NCBI GenBank assembly: GCA_003216295.1
Contig: QCJB01000008.1
Span: 1,569-65,568 of the forward strand
Origin: Prochlorococcus sp. AG-402-P16
Lineage (GTDB): Bacteria > Cyanobacteriota > Cyanobacteriia > PCC-6307 > Cyanobiaceae
Direction: 5' to 3'
Length of the DNA: 64,000 nt
Both the position numbers and the translations under genes were made by a program. A model generated the notes under the pieces. That model made no database searches, was not told the DNA's origin, and saw only the letters and a list, made by a program, of their open reading frames with translations. Below are positions 60,296 to 64,000 of the stretch, piece after piece. The number at the start of each line of letters is the position of its first letter. Positions within the stretch are counted from its first letter, which is position 1.

Positions 60296-61846
60296 CTAAC
60301 TAATGAAATTGTTGGTTGAATTCTTTAACCAATAATTTTGAGAAGTGTTAAATAAAAATTCTCCTGAGATTGTTAATAAGGAGAAAGTAGCAATTATTAT
60401 AATGACTTGTGCCCAATCGAAAGAGCTCAGTGATTCCTGTAATTGCCATCCTAATCCTACTCCTCCGACTGCACCTATAATTGCTGTTTCCTTTAGTATT
60501 ACGTCACTTCTATATGCTCCATAAGCTAAGTAACTATTACTTTGGGGGGCTAATATTCCATAAAGTGTTGCTGATTTCTTGCTTGAACCATTGCTTTTAA
60601 TTGCTCGATAAATACTTTTTTCTTGATTTAGTATGTTATCTGTAAGTAATCTTCCCATGACACCCATATGTGTAATTCCTAGTGATAATGCGGCTACAGA
60701 TATATTAGGATTAGTAAAAAGAAGGATAAGTATAGTGGTCAATGGAGGAGGTATCAATCTAAAGAAGATCCAAATAAGATTTTGAATTTTTAGAGAGAAT
60801 TTACCTGGGAATAATACTATTAAAAGTGGAGGTGTCCCTATTGCAATCCCAGACGCGAAAAAAGTTATTAAAATTGTTGTAATGATTAGTTTAAACAGAG
60901 GTAAGGTATTAAATCCATTTCTTATCTCTACGAATGAAGGTAAATTTAAATACGAAAAGCTTAATGGATTAAATATCTCAAAATTTAGACTATAAAGCCA
61001 ACTAATACCTAACGATAGTGATAGTGAAAATATTGAGATTGAAATAAAGAAAAAATTTTTTAAACTAATATTTTCAGATAAATAACTTCTTGAAAATCTT
61101 ATAAATTTTTCTAATAAAATCATTACTAACCAAAGCATCCACAAACAAGTCCACATTTCATTAAACTCAAAGGATTTTAAAGTTAAATATAGTTCTGTTC
61201 CTATACCTCCTAATCCAAATATTCCAAGTAATGTTACACCTCTAATTGCACATTCAAATCTGTAACTTCCATATGTAGATACGATAGGTATTAACTTTGG
61301 TAGTAGTATAGTTATAAATGAGCTCATAAAATTAGATCCAGTTTGCTTAATTGCTATTAGAGGTTGTATGTCAAAACTATCTAATTGTTCTGAAATCACT
61401 CTTGCTGTTAAGGCTGAATAGGGAATGACTATAGATATAATTGCCACCCAAATATTCAAACCTAAAATTTGTAAAAATAGCAAGCCCCACACTACTTCAT
61501 GTATTGATCTTGGAATTGCTAATGAGTATTTTATGAATTTACCTAAATAAGAAAATTTAGGAATACTTTTCCAAAATAAATCTGTAGATAGTACACCTAA
61601 AAGAATTCCAATAAGCATACTTATAACCCAGCTAGTTAAAGCAGTAGCAATTGTTATTTGAAGTCCTTCCCATGCGCTTTTAACTACTTCTTGATTGAAC
61701 GATGGTTTTATTGCTGAGCTTATGAATAGAAATATGATATTTAGACCCCCAATATGAAATCCTTTGATGATTTCTATTAGAATGGGAATGTAGGCTATTG
61801 ATGGGATTAATGTTAATAAAGTTGATACTGGTTTTATTAATTTCAT
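60296..61846 (-). CDS. phnE: phosphonate/phosphite ABC transporter permease (two fused PhnE domains)
   Basis: Repeated permease motifs (PRSIHE...YRFE.AIR...GLGGIG and FRLIP...YRSD...GGVGLG); third gene of the operon. Confidence 0.85.
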   Translation of the reverse strand: MKLIKPVSTLLTLIPSIAYIPILIEIIKGFHIGGLNIIFLFISSAIKPSFNQEVVKSAWEGLQITIATALTSWVISMLIGILLGVLSTDLFWKSIPKFSYLGKFIKYSLAIPRSIHEVVWGLLFLQILGLNIWVAIISIVIPYSALTARVISEQLDSFDIQPLIAIKQTGSNFMSSFITILLPKLIPIVSTYGSYRFECAIRGVTLLGIFGLGGIGTELYLTLKSFEFNEMWTCLWMLWLVMILLEKFIRFSRSYLSENISLKNFFFISISIFSLSLSLGISWLYSLNFEIFNPLSFSYLNLPSFVEIRNGFNTLPLFKLIITTILITFFASGIAIGTPPLLIVLFPGKFSLKIQNLIWIFFRLIPPPLTTILILLFTNPNISVAALSLGITHMGVMGRLLTDNILNQEKSIYRAIKSNGSSKKSATLYGILAPQSNSYLAYGAYRSDVILKETAIIGAVGGVGLGWQLQESLSSFDWAQVIIIIATFSLLTISGEFLFNTSQNYWLKNSTNNFIS

Positions 61847-61852
61847 TATGAA

Positions 61853-62587
61853 TTAAAATAGCCAATCAAACTCTGATTGATTAATATTATTGATTTTTCT
61901 ATCTATTACAATCTCTCCATTTTTTAACCCAATAACTCTATTGAAATTATTTATTAGATTTATTTGGTGAAGACTTATAAGTATCGTCTCAGGGATTTTA
62001 ATTCTAAGATAATTTTTTTGATTAATAAATAAATTTAAGATATTTTTTGATAATAGAGGGTCTAAATTTGAGAAAGGTTCGTCTCCAAGAAAAAGCTCTG
62101 GTTCTTGTCTTAAAAGACGTGCAATTGCTATTCTTTTTTTTTGCCCACCAGAAAGTTTATTTATATAGGAATAAATAGTTTTTTTAGGCAGAGAGACTGC
62201 TGCTAGGCATTCTTGGCATAAACCTTTATCTAAGACTCCTAGGAGATTTTTTAAAGCCCATATGAAATTGTGTTTACCTAGTGCACCGCAGTTTATATTC
62301 TGAGCGACATTTAGCTCTTCTATCAAATATAAATCCTGCCATATAGTTCCTATTTTTGATGACTCAATATTTGAGATATTGTTAATGTGAGAACCTTTCC
62401 ATATTACATCCCCTTCATTTGGGATTAGTGATCCATTCGCGATCGAGATTAATGTACTTTTCCCAGAGCCACTCTTGCCAATAAGCGCTATCTTCTCACC
62501 TTGATTTATTATTAAATTAATATCTTTTACTCTAATACTTTCTTTACTGCTATGGCTTATATTCTTTAATTCTAGTAACTTAGTCAC
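61853..62587 (-). CDS. phnC: phosphonate/phosphite ABC transporter ATPase
   Basis: GKSGSGKST, LSGGQ.KR, DEP..NLDP, SLHQ. Confidence 0.88.
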   Translation of the reverse strand: MTKLLELKNISHSSKESIRVKDINLIINQGEKIALIGKSGSGKSTLISIANGSLIPNEGDVIWKGSHINNISNIESSKIGTIWQDLYLIEELNVAQNINCGALGKHNFIWALKNLLGVLDKGLCQECLAAVSLPKKTIYSYINKLSGGQKKRIAIARLLRQEPELFLGDEPFSNLDPLLSKNILNLFINQKNYLRIKIPETILISLHQINLINNFNRVIGLKNGEIVIDRKINNINQSEFDWLF

Positions 62588-63477
62588 TTAATCTTTCCAA
62601 TTTTTCTACCTATCTTTTCTATTTTATTATAATTCTCGTTTTTTGATATTATAAATTTCTTTGTGCTAAATAATCCGAGAATTTGTTTTTGCTTTTTTGA
62701 CTTTTCATTGAAACGTAAAAATACATTTGTAAGTTCTTTCGTAAAACCTTTTTTGAATTTTTTATCTAGGTTTCCTTGAGCAAGCCAATGATAATTATGA
62801 TAAGAAGGAGTCTTCCAAATCACAAAGACTTTTGAGGGGTCCACACGTCCTCTGTCAAGATTTCTCTTCCATACTTCTTCGCTAAGAGCACCTGCCTCAT
62901 ATGAACCACTTTGCACAAGCATTAATGTTGCATCGTGGCTACCACTAAAGCCTGGGCTTGCACCTTTGAAATCTTTAGATTGAACACCTGCTTTGTTTAA
63001 AAAATATTGTGGCATCAATCTTCCTGATGTTGAACTTTCAGAGCCAAAAGTAAAACGCTTGCCTTTTAGTGTTTTTAAGTCATTTATGTTATTTATTTTT
63101 TGTATTGAACTTTTCTTGTTTGCAATAAAAATACTATGGAATTTTTCATCAATATCTCTTTGTGCTATCACCTTGGATCCTTTGCTTTGAAGTCTTGCTT
63201 GTACACCCGTTAAAGCACCGAACCATACTAAATCTAAATTCCCGGTCCTAAAAGCTGTTACAGCTGCAGCATAATTAGTAACTGGTATGTAACGGACTTG
63301 AAGATTGAGCTGCTCGCTTAATTCAGAGGATAATACTTTATATAAACGATTCAGGTGCTCTGGGTTTTGATCTGGTATCGCCCCAATGCGAAGTATTTCC
63401 TCTGCTTTTAATGAACCAATATTAGATAAATTAAATATTGATAAAAGAGCAATAATTATTTTCGTGAACTTGATCAT
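62584..63477 (-). CDS. phnD: phosphate/phosphite/phosphonate-binding periplasmic protein
   Basis: Signal peptide, AIPDQ, Y.A.V.AF, SESSTSGRLMP, GSHD. Confidence 0.88.
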   Translation of the reverse strand: MIKFTKIIIALLSIFNLSNIGSLKAEEILRIGAIPDQNPEHLNRLYKVLSSELSEQLNLQVRYIPVTNYAAAVTAFRTGNLDLVWFGALTGVQARLQSKGSKVIAQRDIDEKFHSIFIANKKSSIQKINNINDLKTLKGKRFTFGSESSTSGRLMPQYFLNKAGVQSKDFKGASPGFSGSHDATLMLVQSGSYEAGALSEEVWKRNLDRGRVDPSKVFVIWKTPSYHNYHWLAQGNLDKKFKKGFTKELTNVFLRFNEKSKKQKQILGLFSTKKFIISKNENYNKIEKIGRKIGKIK

Positions 63478-63504
63478 TTTTGCCGCTTGATTCTTTTTTT
63501 GGAT

Positions 63505-64000
63505 TTAAAAACCATTTAATAGTTTTTCTAGCCTATCAACTCCATCGTTGATCATTTTATTTGATGATGCATATGAGATTCTTATGCATTTGTCATCTCC
63601 AAAAGCAATCCCTGGAACTATTGCTAGGCCAACCTTTTCTAGTGCCAATTTACAGAAACTTATTGAATCGATATCCTCTAGATTAATTTCTGGGAAAACA
63701 TAGAAAGCTCCAGTAGGAGGGACAAAAGAAATATTTTTTATTTTTTTTAGTCTTTCTGTTATCAATAACCTCCTTTTGTTATAAATTTCTGCCATTTCAT
63801 GAACGCAATCTTTTGAGCCCTGAAGTGCGGCAATAGCTCCTTTTTGAGCAAAACTACATACATTGCTTGTACTTTGACTTTGTAAAGCAATGGCTTTCTT
63901 TATTACCTCTGTATTTCCTGTTAGGTATCCAATCCTCCAGCCAGTCATTGCCCAAGCCTTGGCAAAACCGTTGACTGTGAAAATTCTATTTTTTAAATCT
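63505..64000 (-). CDS. aspC: class I/II PLP aminotransferase (aspartate aminotransferase), C-terminal part; truncated by window
   Basis: Frame stays open to the window end: NGFAKAWAMTGWRIG PLP-Lys motif, P.GAFY, VPG.AFG, IR.SYA. Confidence 0.9.
   Translation of the reverse strand, partial: DLKNRIFTVNGFAKAWAMTGWRIGYLTGNTEVIKKAIALQSQSTSNVCSFAQKGAIAALQGSKDCVHEMAEIYNKRRLLITERLKKIKNISFVPPTGAFYVFPEINLEDIDSISFCKLALEKVGLAIVPGIAFGDDKCIRISYASSNKMINDGVDRLEKLLNGF

Overview
AT-rich, gene-dense chromosomal segment of a marine picocyanobacterium, almost certainly Prochlorococcus (pcb antenna gene, CrtL-type lycopene cyclase, nrdJ, phnDCE, stpA); it is most consistent with a low-light NATL-like lineage, which is an inference. 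The window runs from the 3' end of glgA to the 3' end of an aspartate aminotransferase. It is mostly core genome (murF, glmU, aroA, ubiD, amiC, murI, sds, acs, hisS, ugd, gltS, fur, metY/metA, cbiX, nrdJ, prfC, hslO, rsmE) with one tRNA-Ser(UGA) and two small-ORF-rich patches (ugd-pcb and tRNA-Ser-nrdJ). I saw no integrase, transposase, prophage or CRISPR array. The most interesting signals are: (1) a 513-aa 'hypothetical' protein that aligns motif by motif with NAD(P)H glycerol-3-phosphate dehydrogenase (GpsA) but has a remodelled nucleotide-binding loop, followed 9 bp later by an NahK-like kinase and divergent from stpA, which suggests an uncharacterised solute or polyol-phosphate module; (2) a cluster of DnaA-box-like 9-mers and inverted repeats upstream of a ribbon-helix-helix-like DUF2811 gene; (3) a ~94-nt rod-like hairpin beside tRNA-Ser; (4) candidate tandem NrdR boxes, an NtcA-core palindrome and a Fur-like box; (5) a membrane-anchored GIY-YIG domain that appears catalytically degenerate. 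All protein calls are from motif recognition by eye, with no database searches run.
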